This document shows positions 18,342-26,518 of a DNA stretch of 43,142 bases, piece by piece. How positions within the stretch are numbered: position 1 is the stretch's first letter; every line of letters starts with the position of its first letter. The DNA is from Candidatus Omnitrophica bacterium CG1_02_40_15. Its GTDB lineage: Bacteria > Omnitrophota > Gorgyraeia > Gorgyraeales > Gorgyraeaceae. The notes under the pieces were generated by a model that ran no database searches, had not been told where the DNA came from, and saw only the letters and a list, made by a program, of their open reading frames with translations. A program made the translations under genes and the position numbers. The stretch spans positions 1-43,142 of the forward strand of contig MNVP01000075.1 of NCBI GenBank assembly GCA_001871815.1, written 5' to 3'.

Positions 18342-19496
18342 ATGCGGCGAGGGGTTAATTTGGACACCAAAAGAAATATTTTAATTATTCCAAGGCACCT
18401 TGTTTTATTGAGATTCATAGAGCTTCCATCAACTGATGCTTCTGAGGTAAAGAATATGGTTGAGTTCCAGGCCTTTAAAGAAACGCCGTATTCAAAAGAT
18501 GAGATTATAATTAGTTATAGAAATCTTGGCTCTTACAAAAAAGGGTTCTCGTATATAATGTTAGCTATTGTAAAAAAAGAAATTATAGAAAATATGATGC
18601 AGCAGGCTAAGGATGAAATAGAGGGCATAAGGCTTGAAACAGAATTATTGTATTCATTTTTATTACAAAAGGATATCGCGAAATCTAATAAGGTAAGTTT
18701 AGTTATAAGTATTAAAAAAGAATATGTGGAGATTATTATTACAGATAATACCAAGCTTATTTTTTCGCGCTCTATTAAAAACAGGACAGATCTTATGAAA
18801 GAACTAGCCAACTCAATGCTATTTTATAATAGAGATAAGGCCAATAACGCGATAAATGATGTTAATGTCATCTATTCTAAAGAAATAGATGTCAAGGATA
18901 TGAAACTTCAAATAGAAGATTATTTTAAGATGCCGGTAAATTTTTATGAATATAGCGATGATTTGATTAGCCTTGATATTCCTTTATATATAAGCTTTTT
19001 GCCAAAAGAATACAATGACAAGATGGCAAATAAAGAGAATAAAAAAGAATTATGGTTAACATCCTGCCTTATACTAACAGCTATATTAGCCTTATTATCC
19101 CTATTAATTTTTAAATTACACGAAAAAGATAAAACTTTAAACTTGCTTTCTAAACAGATAAGCTCAATTCAATATGACATTGATCAGCTGAGGGATTTTC
19201 TTAGAAAAATCGAGATTTTAAAATCTCAAAAAGAAAAGGGCGATTTTATTATAAAAATTTTAAAAGGGTCTTATGATTTAACACCTTCAGATATTTTCTT
19301 ATACCGGCTGGAATACGACGGCCGCTATGATTTTTCATACAAAGGCACTGTAAGCAGCGCGTCAGGAGTTTTTGATTTCGTAAAGAGGCTAGAAAAATCA
19401 AAGTATTTTAAAAAGGTAGAAGTAAAATACACTACGAAAAAAGTAGTGCAGAATCAGGAAGTTACTGATTTTAACATATTATGCCAGATAGATTAA
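18342..19496 (+). CDS. GspL / PilM-PilN-like bitopic assembly protein
   Basis: Cytoplasmic domain of about 240 aa, single TM LWLTSCLILTAILALLSLLIF, periplasmic domain of about 120 aa. Position after gspK. The assignment rests on topology and context. Start ATG 18342; upstream codons overlap hairpin C2. Confidence 0.5.
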   Translation: MRRGVNLDTKRNILIIPRHLVLLRFIELPSTDASEVKNMVEFQAFKETPYSKDEIIISYRNLGSYKKGFSYIMLAIVKKEIIENMMQQAKDEIEGIRLETELLYSFLLQKDIAKSNKVSLVISIKKEYVEIIITDNTKLIFSRSIKNRTDLMKELANSMLFYNRDKANNAINDVNVIYSKEIDVKDMKLQIEDYFKMPVNFYEYSDDLISLDIPLYISFLPKEYNDKMANKENKKELWLTSCLILTAILALLSLLIFKLHEKDKTLNLLSKQISSIQYDIDQLRDFLRKIEILKSQKEKGDFIIKILKGSYDLTPSDIFLYRLEYDGRYDFSYKGTVSSASGVFDFVKRLEKSKYFKKVEVKYTTKKVVQNQEVTDFNILCQID

Positions 19497-20002
19497 TTCA
19501 TATAAAATTATCAAAAAGAGAAAAATATATTGTTGTAATAACTATAAGCGTTATTATAATGGGCATGCTATATAATTTTATATTTGTGCATCTGTTTAAA
19601 AGATGGGAGGCGGCGGATAGCGAGATAATTGCAAAAAGGGCTAAATTTAATAAAGAAATAAGATTATTAGAAAATAGAAATTCTATAATATCAGAATATA
19701 ATAATTATGCAAAAGCTTACAAAAACAGCTCAAGGGTGCTAAATTATATAGAAAAATTAGCGGATTCTTTGAACATAAAAACCAGCAATATAAAACCAGG
19801 ACAAATTACAGATAGGGATTTTTACCAGGAATACTTTATTGAGCTTCAAATAGAAGGCCGGTTCCCTGAAATTATTGAATTTTTATCTGGCATTAGTAAA
19901 CTGCCATGTTTTGTAGCTATTAAAAAATTTGATTTTAGAAGAGGCCTAGACAATCCCCATCTTTTAAAAGGCACAATAATCCTCTCCAAGATTACCTATT
20001 GA
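19481..20002 (+). CDS. GspM / PilO-like protein
   Basis: N-terminal TM YIVVITISVIIMGMLYNFIFV, coiled coil, C-terminal FIELQIEGRFPEIIEFLSGISKLP. Confidence 0.5.
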   Translation: MPDRLIHIKLSKREKYIVVITISVIIMGMLYNFIFVHLFKRWEAADSEIIAKRAKFNKEIRLLENRNSIISEYNNYAKAYKNSSRVLNYIEKLADSLNIKTSNIKPGQITDRDFYQEYFIELQIEGRFPEIIEFLSGISKLPCFVAIKKFDFRRGLDNPHLLKGTIILSKITY

Positions 20003-20133
20003 CATATTCAATATCATAGTATATACTTACTCTCTGAGTGGAGAGTAAGCTATTGCTGTCTACATAGATAGCTGTGAGATTAACCCGTTGAGTTCAAGTT
20101 GCTAATGCAAATTTTGGGATTAATTCCTTAGCC

Positions 20134-20185
20134 AATTTCGTCTCCGCTGTTTCACTTTGCGAAGCAAAGTGGCGGGGGCGAAATT
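20134..20185. repeat. Family C-related hairpin, copy C3
   Basis: AATTTCGTCTCCGC TGTTT CACTTTGC GAA GCAAAGTG GCGGGGGCGAAATT. Confidence 0.7.
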
Positions 20186-20201
20186 CAGAGGTGACTATAC
20201 A

Positions 20202-20468
20202 TTGGAAAAGGTATATTTGATAAAAGACTTGGCGAGAATGAGCGGGCAGACAGTTTATACGCTTAAATATTATCTGAATATAGGGCTTATTAAAGAAGTC
20301 GGTAGAAGTCCTGAGACTAGTTTTAGGTATTTTGATGATAGCACTATTGAGAGATTGAAAAAAATACGGGAATTAAGACGGGAGAATAAATCTATAGCTG
20401 AAATAAAAGAATTGTTGGAGTTCTCGACTCCCCGCCAAAGAACCGTTGGCGGATCGCTCGAACAATAA
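20202..20468 (+). CDS. short MerR-family HTH protein
   Basis: YLIKDLARMSGQTVYTLKYYLNIGLI plus RYFDDSTIERLKKIRELR. No effector domain. TTG 20202 start is inferred. The last 16 codons (EFSTPRQRTVGGSLEQ) are encoded by repeat B4. Confidence 0.65.
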   Translation: MEKVYLIKDLARMSGQTVYTLKYYLNIGLIKEVGRSPETSFRYFDDSTIERLKKIRELRRENKSIAEIKELLEFSTPRQRTVGGSLEQ

Positions 20469-20507
20469 CCGTTATTCTTCGAGCGAACCTCTCGACTTCG
20501 CTCGGGG
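20420..20507. repeat. Family B composite element, copy B4
   Basis: GTTCTCGACTCCCCGCCAAAGAACCGTTGGCGGATCGCTCGAACAATAACCGTTATTCTTCGAGCGAACCTCTCGACTTCGCTCGGGG. Confidence 0.85.
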
Positions 20508-20537
20508 TAAACTCCGTAAGCCTAGAAGAAATTGCAT

Positions 20538-21368
20538 ATGTCATACTATAGCGTGCTAAACTTAAATAAAGAGCCGTTTTCAACAAGCCCTGACCCATAT
20601 TTCTTTTATCCATCTGTTTCACATAAGCAGGCAATGCAAAGGCTTGAAATAGCTATTAGATTAAAGAGGGGGCTTAGCGTTATTTTAGGAGACATTGGAA
20701 TTGGCAAAACGACGCTTGCCAGGGCCCTTATACAGGAGCTGCACTTTACCAATGGAGCCATAACTTATATGATATTGGACCCTACCTATGATTCTGAATT
20801 TCAATTTGTAACAATCCTCGCTAAACTTTTCGGAATAAAGGGTTCGTTTCGCTCTACTATGGATTATAAAGAGGCAATAGAAAGGTTTTTATTTAAGAAA
20901 TGTGTTAATGAAAGCCATATAATATCTCTTATTATAGACGAAGGACAGAAGATGAGTTTAGCTACATTAGAACTTTTGCGTACACTTTTAAACTACGAGA
21001 CCAATGAATATAAGCTTTTGCAGCTTGTTATCATGGGCCAGATGGAACTTCTGCCTAAATTGCAGCGCATAAATAATTTTTCAGATAGAATTAGTTTAAA
21101 ATATATACTAAATCCTTTGGATTATAATGAAACTAAAAATATGATAGAATTCAGGCTTAAACGCTCAGGCGCCATATCAGGTAAAGAGATATTCACAGAA
21201 AAGGCAATGCTCATAATATACCAATATACTCAGGGTTATCCACGCAAGATCGCTAGCCTGTGCCATAACCTGCTGGAAGAGCTTGTAATGAAAGATAGAA
21301 GGATTGTAGAAGAAGGCCTGGTAAATGAGGCAATAGAAAAGGACAGAAAGGTGATTTTTATATCATGA
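20538..21368 (+). CDS. exeA: ExeA/GspA/MshM-type AAA ATPase
   Basis: PFSTSPDPYFFY N-terminus, Walker A GDIGIGKTTLARAL, Walker B LIIDEGQ. Confidence 0.8.
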   Translation: MSYYSVLNLNKEPFSTSPDPYFFYPSVSHKQAMQRLEIAIRLKRGLSVILGDIGIGKTTLARALIQELHFTNGAITYMILDPTYDSEFQFVTILAKLFGIKGSFRSTMDYKEAIERFLFKKCVNESHIISLIIDEGQKMSLATLELLRTLLNYETNEYKLLQLVIMGQMELLPKLQRINNFSDRISLKYILNPLDYNETKNMIEFRLKRSGAISGKEIFTEKAMLIIYQYTQGYPRKIASLCHNLLEELVMKDRRIVEEGLVNEAIEKDRKVIFIS

Positions 21369-21853
21369 TTGAACTTACTCCCGAAGGGAAGCTTTTAAAT
21401 CTTATAAGAAAAAGCCAGCATAAATTCAAGTTAAATAAAGACCTTAAAATATTTACAAAGATAAATATTATATTAATAGCTGTAATTATCGTGATATTCA
21501 CTGTTTTTTTATTAGATATGTTTATTTTTAAAAATAAGAACCCTGAAATTCCGCAGAATGTTCTAATAAAGGAAAGTGAAGTGCAGCCTGTTAAAGAAGA
21601 TATTCAGGAAGACGTGGATATGGTTAAAGAACCGCATAGAAATATGGTACCCATACAAGATATTAGGGCGAATTTAAATCTATTGGGCATTGTTACAGGA
21701 GATAATAACCAGGCTATAATAGAAGACAAGAATCTCAAGAAGACATTTTTTCTTTATAAAGGCGATAATCTTGGTGAATTAAAGGTCTATGAGATAAAAA
21801 ATAATGCTGTGATATTAGATTATAAAGGCGAAAAGATAGAATTAAGCATATGA
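21365..21853 (+). CDS. GspC-HR / PilP-like periplasmic protein
   Basis: N-terminal TM. C-terminal LLGIVTGDNNQAIIEDK...YKGDNLGELKVYEIKNNAVILDY. ATGA coupling with exeA. Confidence 0.45.
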   Translation: MIELTPEGKLLNLIRKSQHKFKLNKDLKIFTKINIILIAVIIVIFTVFLLDMFIFKNKNPEIPQNVLIKESEVQPVKEDIQEDVDMVKEPHRNMVPIQDIRANLNLLGIVTGDNNQAIIEDKNLKKTFFLYKGDNLGELKVYEIKNNAVILDYKGEKIELSI

Positions 21854-21866
21854 GAGGGTAAAAAAA

Positions 21867-23870
21867 ATGAAAAAAATAATCTTTATAGGCTTGTCAATAT
21901 TGTTGATTTCTATTTTTTCAAATATATATTTAGCTATCTCTGCGCAAGATGATGCAGAATTGATATCTCTAGATCTTAAAGGTATGGATATAAGAGATGT
22001 CCTGAAGATATTGGCGCAAAAAAGCGGACTCAACATAGTTGCTGATACTGCTGTAAAAGGAACAGTTATGTTATATATAAAAGATGTAAATGTTATGGAT
22101 GCTCTTGATACAATTGTTGCTACGAATAATTTAGCCTATGAAAAAAGTGGCAGTCTTATAAGAATCATGAATGACAGGGATTATGAAATAATATATGGAA
22201 AAAGATTTAATGATAAGACTAAAACAGAGATAATTAAGCTTAATTATGCAAACGCGCAGCAGGTTAATAATGCAATAGTTCAAATGAAGACAAATACGGG
22301 CAAGATTATTTCAGATGAAATATCCAATACTATTGTCCTTATAGATTTGCCTGAAAGCATAGAAAAGATGAAGAAAGTTATTTCAGAAATGGATGTCCTT
22401 TTGATTACAGAAGTTTTTTCTCTTGATTATGCCAAAGCAGAATTATTAAAAGATAAGATAATTGAAGCGCTTTCCAAAGGCATTGGGAGCGTAAAATTTG
22501 ATGAAAGGACAAATAAGTTAATAGTTAAAGATACTTCTCAGAAGATAGAAGATGTCAGGCGCATAGTAGAAGCCTTTGACGAAAAAACAAGGCAGGTCCT
22601 GATAGATGCCAACATTGTGCAAGTTACTCTTTCAGATAAATTCAGTTATGGCATAGATTGGGCAAATGTCGCTAAGTTAGGGGATATTAAATTAACAGGC
22701 GATACTGTGCTTAGTACGGGTTTGTCAAATACTACGCCGAGCAAGCTTACAATAGCTACAACAGGAGGTAATACTACAGCAGTGATGAGCTTATTAAAAA
22801 CATATGGGGAAACAAATGTCCTATCAAGGCCAAGGATTACAGTTATAAATAATCAAGAAGCAAAGATTTTAGTTGGCGCTAAGGAAGTATATGTTTCAAG
22901 CGAGGTTACAACTACATCTGGCGGCACATACCATACCACAGATCATATTGAATTTGTAGATGTGGGTGTAAGATTAGGAGTTATCCCTACTATTAATAGG
23001 CAAGGTTTTATTACATTAAAGATAAAACCCGAGGTTAGCAATGCTGATGCTACAAAAACTGTCCAGTTAAAAAATCCAGATGGCTCTACAAGGACTATTG
23101 TTCCTTATGTTACTACATCTGAAGCAGAGACTAGCGTGATGGTTAAGGATAATACGACAATTATAATAGGCGGTTTAATGAAAGATACTCTTGTAGATTA
23201 TAAAGAAAGAGTTCCTTTCCTGGGAAGTATACCTTTAATAGAAAAGCTTTTCTCTGTTAAAGGGAAAAGCAAAGAAAAAACAGAGCTTGTAATATTTTTA
23301 ACCCCGCATATTATTGAGGGAGACAAGACTACAGAAGAGGCGCAGAAATATATAGCTGACTGGGATAAAAAGGTAGAGGAGATAAAGATAGAAGAACCGA
23401 AAGAGCCGGAGATTAAGTTATCTAAACGAACGCCTGAGAAAAAAGAAAAACAGCCAAAACCAAAGACATCCACTAAAGAAGTTGCAGCTAAGAAAAAAGG
23501 ACAACCAAAACAAAAATGGGCGCCTATTTTAGGTTCAGGTGGCAGCGAGGGGCTGGAAGACAGCGCCGGAAAATCGCCAGTTACTAATAGGACGCCTTAT
23601 GAAGAATACTATTTAAATATAGGCCAGGAAATCAATGATTTGGCAAAACAGGATAAGGATGTTAGCGGGATAAATGGAGAGGTGGAACTAAAGTTTACGC
23701 TGGATAAAGAAGGATTTTTAATAAGAGGGCCTATAGTGCTTAATCAGCCTGACCTCAGGCTTGTGAGAAGCGCTGTAAAAATCGTAAAAAAGGCATCGCC
23801 ATTCATTCGTTTTCCAAAGGCATTAAATAAGGATCAGGCAGATTTTAATGTAGTTGTGAGGTATGAATAA
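21867..23870 (+). CDS. gspD: secretin (GspD/PilQ family) with C-terminal TonB_C-like module
   Basis: Signal peptide and N0-like DIRDVLKILAQKSGLNIV. Secretin core VLSRPRITVINNQEAKILVG, IIIGGLMKD, VPFLGSIPLIEKLF, ELVIFLTPHII. Lys/Pro-rich linker. Tail GEVELKFTLDKEGFL...VRSAVKIVKKASPFIRFP. Confidence 0.85.
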   Translation: MKKIIFIGLSILLISIFSNIYLAISAQDDAELISLDLKGMDIRDVLKILAQKSGLNIVADTAVKGTVMLYIKDVNVMDALDTIVATNNLAYEKSGSLIRIMNDRDYEIIYGKRFNDKTKTEIIKLNYANAQQVNNAIVQMKTNTGKIISDEISNTIVLIDLPESIEKMKKVISEMDVLLITEVFSLDYAKAELLKDKIIEALSKGIGSVKFDERTNKLIVKDTSQKIEDVRRIVEAFDEKTRQVLIDANIVQVTLSDKFSYGIDWANVAKLGDIKLTGDTVLSTGLSNTTPSKLTIATTGGNTTAVMSLLKTYGETNVLSRPRITVINNQEAKILVGAKEVYVSSEVTTTSGGTYHTTDHIEFVDVGVRLGVIPTINRQGFITLKIKPEVSNADATKTVQLKNPDGSTRTIVPYVTTSEAETSVMVKDNTTIIIGGLMKDTLVDYKERVPFLGSIPLIEKLFSVKGKSKEKTELVIFLTPHIIEGDKTTEEAQKYIADWDKKVEEIKIEEPKEPEIKLSKRTPEKKEKQPKPKTSTKEVAAKKKGQPKQKWAPILGSGGSEGLEDSAGKSPVTNRTPYEEYYLNIGQEINDLAKQDKDVSGINGEVELKFTLDKEGFLIRGPIVLNQPDLRLVRSAVKIVKKASPFIRFPKALNKDQADFNVVVRYE

Positions 23871-23894
23871 ATGAGCAGTGCACATAATTCTGTT

Positions 23895-24014
23895 GTCATT
23901 GCGAGGTGGCTATTAAAAGTGGCCTATGAAGCAATCGCATGAAAGCAGGCTCTCTGTACTTTCTCACATGCGATTGCTTCGGATGTCGGCATCTAAAGCT
24001 CTCCTCGCAACGAC
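23895..24014. repeat. Family F nested hairpin, copy F1
   Basis: GTCATTGCGAGG ... GAAGCAATCGCATG-(loop)-CATGCGATTGCTTC ... CCTCGCAACGAC. Confidence 0.85.
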
Positions 24015-24088
24015 ATGATGTGAATTTTACGCATACTTTTTAAATAATTATCTTGACGCATCAGGGATAATAATATAATCTATCTACC

Positions 24089-25045
24089 ATGTTTAAATAT
24101 CTAATTGTTATATTATCTATATTTATAATAATTTTTACCCGGCCTGTTTTTGCTGATACAGTCGGCGCTGTTAAAGATAGTAAATCTTCATGGTATGCGG
24201 TTATTGGGAGTGAGAATAAAGGCAAAAAGCTTTACATGAAAGGAGATATCTTTTCTCCTGATAAAAATCCCGCAAATCCTCTCAGGATATTAGATATAAA
24301 AAAGGACAGCCTTGTGTTAGAGGATGTAGTCTTAAAGAACAGCATTATAGTAAGGCCTGGAGAAAATATTCCAATAGAAGGAGCTGGGATGATCTTTGAA
24401 AAAACAGTTGAATCCAGCGTGCTGGAGTATAATTATAATAAACCCCCTAAAAAATTCACAAAAAATCAGTTAGAAGATTTTACGATAAAAAGCCTGGAAA
24501 AGAAAAAGATCGTGCTGGAAAAGCCTTATAATGCTTCTTCCCAGGTGAAACAACTTTCAAATAAGGAAAAGGAGATTTTTAATAGCCCCAGAGATCAGGA
24601 TGCAGATAAAAATGTCATCATAACAGAACTTTTTAATAAAATAAATTCAAAGAAAATAGGCGATAATGTATGGGCGCTGAATAGGCCGAGCGCTGAACCT
24701 GCAATACATAATGCAGGCTTGGCGCTTATCTCTGCAATAAAAAGAGTTGAACCGAGATACAGGCTGGGAGAAGGCCCAAGCTTAAAATTTAACACAGATC
24801 TTGGAACAGCAGTAGTGAATAAAGAAGGGTTTCTGATACAGAATCTAGCTGTTGCAAAACTTACAGAGAATTTTGGCATAAAAGAAGGCGATATTATCAA
24901 GAGCATAAATGGATGCCCCGTGAATAGCCTTCTTGGGATATACAGGGCGTACGAGAATATTGCGTCAGATAAAAGCGCCAAGCTTTTAAGCATTAATATA
25001 GCAAGGGATGGAAAAGCAAAAACATTGGTGTATAAAATAAAATAA
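24089..25045 (+). CDS. GspC-like protein (HR-like region + PDZ domain)
   Basis: Signal anchor. YAVIGSENKGKKLYMKGDIF...LRILDIKKDSLVLED. C-terminal PDZ GIKEGDIIKSINGCPVNSLL. Confidence 0.55.
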   Translation: MFKYLIVILSIFIIIFTRPVFADTVGAVKDSKSSWYAVIGSENKGKKLYMKGDIFSPDKNPANPLRILDIKKDSLVLEDVVLKNSIIVRPGENIPIEGAGMIFEKTVESSVLEYNYNKPPKKFTKNQLEDFTIKSLEKKKIVLEKPYNASSQVKQLSNKEKEIFNSPRDQDADKNVIITELFNKINSKKIGDNVWALNRPSAEPAIHNAGLALISAIKRVEPRYRLGEGPSLKFNTDLGTAVVNKEGFLIQNLAVAKLTENFGIKEGDIIKSINGCPVNSLLGIYRAYENIASDKSAKLLSINIARDGKAKTLVYKIK

Positions 25046-25053
25046 GTGAGGAC

Positions 25054-25122
25054 ATAAGTTACGGAAGACGAAGCCCCGCCCTTTGTTTACAAAGGGCGGG
25101 ACGGAAGTCCGACGTAACTTAT
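25054..25122. repeat. Family E hairpin, copy E2 (with inner CCCGCCC hairpin)
   Basis: ATAAGTTACG ... CCCGCCCTTTG-TTTA-CAAAGGGCGGG ... CGTAACTTAT. Confidence 0.85.
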
Positions 25123-25127
25123 AAGTC

Positions 25128-25191
25128 CGAACTTATCCCGCCCTTTTAGCGATTGTTTCAGCTTGCTATTCAAAAGGGCGGGATTAATTCG
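25128..25191. repeat. Family D hairpin, copy D2
   Basis: CGAACTTATCCCGCCCTTTT-(loop AGCGATTGTTTCAGCTTGCTATTC)-AAAAGGGCGGGATTAATTCG. Confidence 0.85.
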
Positions 25192-25195
25192 CACA

Positions 25196-25235
25196 GTCAC
25201 TTATGTTCGCTCGTTTCACTCGCTCCATAAGTGAC
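25196..25235. repeat. Family E-like hairpin, copy E3
   Basis: GTCACTTATG TTCGCTCGTTTCACTCGCTC CATAAGTGAC. Confidence 0.8.
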
Positions 25236-25261
25236 GTGCTCATTAAAGAAAAGGAGAGAGA

Positions 25262-26416
25262 ATGGATTATCTATTGACCGAAGAACAGATAATGATACGG
25301 GATATTGCGAGGCAGATTGCGCAGGAAAAGATAAAACCTGTTGCGGCAAAGTATGACGCAGAAGGCATTTTCCCGTGGGATATAGTGAAGATAATGGCTG
25401 CAAGCGACTTATGCGGCATATATATTGAAGAAAAATATGGCGGAACAGGCGGAGGAGTTATGGAGCTGGTGCTCGCGACTGAAGAATTGTCCAAAGCGTG
25501 CGGCGGCATTTCACTTGCCTTTGCCGCAACAGCGCTTGGCACATTTCCTATAATTTTATTTGGCACAGAAGAACAAAAAAAGAAATATCTGCCTGATATA
25601 GCTAAAGGGAAAAAATTAGCCGCGTTCGGTTTGACTGAAGCAGGCGCTGGAAGCGACGCAGGCGCTATTGCTACAACTGCAGAGAAAAAAGGCGATCATT
25701 ATGTTTTAAACGGCACAAAGCAATGGATTACTAACGGCGGAGAAGCAGAAGTTTATACGGTTATTGCGTCTACAGATAGATCCAAGGGGCCGCGCGGCGC
25801 AGCAGCGTTTATTGTTGAGAAAGGCATGAAGGGTTTTGAATTCGGCAAAAAGGAAGACAAGATGGGTATACGCTCATCTGCTACAAGAGAGCTCGTATTT
25901 ACAGATTGCAATATCCCAAAGGAAAATCTGCTTGCGAAGGAAGGCATGGGATTTATTGTTGCAATGAAAACATTTGACCAGTCAAGGCCTGGGGTAGCTA
26001 GCCAGGCAGTTGGGATAGCCCAGGGCGCGCTTGACCTGACAGTTCAATATATGAAAGAAAGAAAGCAGTTCGGGAAGAGTATATCTAGTTTTCAGGGCCT
26101 GCAGTTTATGCTGGCTGATATGGCTACTGAGATAGAGGCAGCAAGGGCGCTGGTGTATGCATGCGCCCGTATGCTCGATAGTGGTAATACAAAGGTTTCA
26201 AAAGATTCTGCCATGGCAAAACTTTTTGCTTCTGATGTCGCAATGAAGGTGACTGTAGACTGTGTGCAGTTATTTGGCGGTTACGGCTACATGAGAGATT
26301 ATCCTATTGAGAAATATATGCGCGACGCAAAGATTACGCAGATATATGAAGGCACTAATCAGATACAACGTAGTATCATTGCAAATCACTTGATAAAGGA
26401 AACGGCTTCGAAGTGA
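25262..26416 (+). CDS. acyl-CoA dehydrogenase (short-chain/butyryl-CoA type by size)
   Basis: FGLTEAGAGSD, QWITNGG, catalytic-base region YEGTNQIQR. AAGGAGAG RBS. Followed by etfBA. Confidence 0.9.
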   Translation: MDYLLTEEQIMIRDIARQIAQEKIKPVAAKYDAEGIFPWDIVKIMAASDLCGIYIEEKYGGTGGGVMELVLATEELSKACGGISLAFAATALGTFPIILFGTEEQKKKYLPDIAKGKKLAAFGLTEAGAGSDAGAIATTAEKKGDHYVLNGTKQWITNGGEAEVYTVIASTDRSKGPRGAAAFIVEKGMKGFEFGKKEDKMGIRSSATRELVFTDCNIPKENLLAKEGMGFIVAMKTFDQSRPGVASQAVGIAQGALDLTVQYMKERKQFGKSISSFQGLQFMLADMATEIEAARALVYACARMLDSGNTKVSKDSAMAKLFASDVAMKVTVDCVQLFGGYGYMRDYPIEKYMRDAKITQIYEGTNQIQRSIIANHLIKETASK

Positions 26417-26422
26417 TGCAAC

Positions 26423-26492
26423 GTCATTGCGAGGGCGTAGCCCGAAGCAATCTCTATAGATTGCTTCGCTCGTTTCACTCGCTCGCAATGAC
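26423..26492. repeat. Family F nested hairpin, copy F2
   Basis: GTCATTGCGAGG GCGTAGCCC GAAGCAATCT-CTATAG-AGATTGCTTC GCTCGTTTCACTCG CTCGCAATGAC. Confidence 0.85.
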
Positions 26493-26518
26493 ATGAAAGG
26501 CGAGAAAATTCTATTATT

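Noticed and set aside
24053-24079. Promoter TTGACG-15 nt-TATAAT upstream of the PDZ gspC-like gene.
   Set aside because: The spacer is only 15 nt, which is suboptimal. It is kept as a remark under the leaderless finding, not as a feature.
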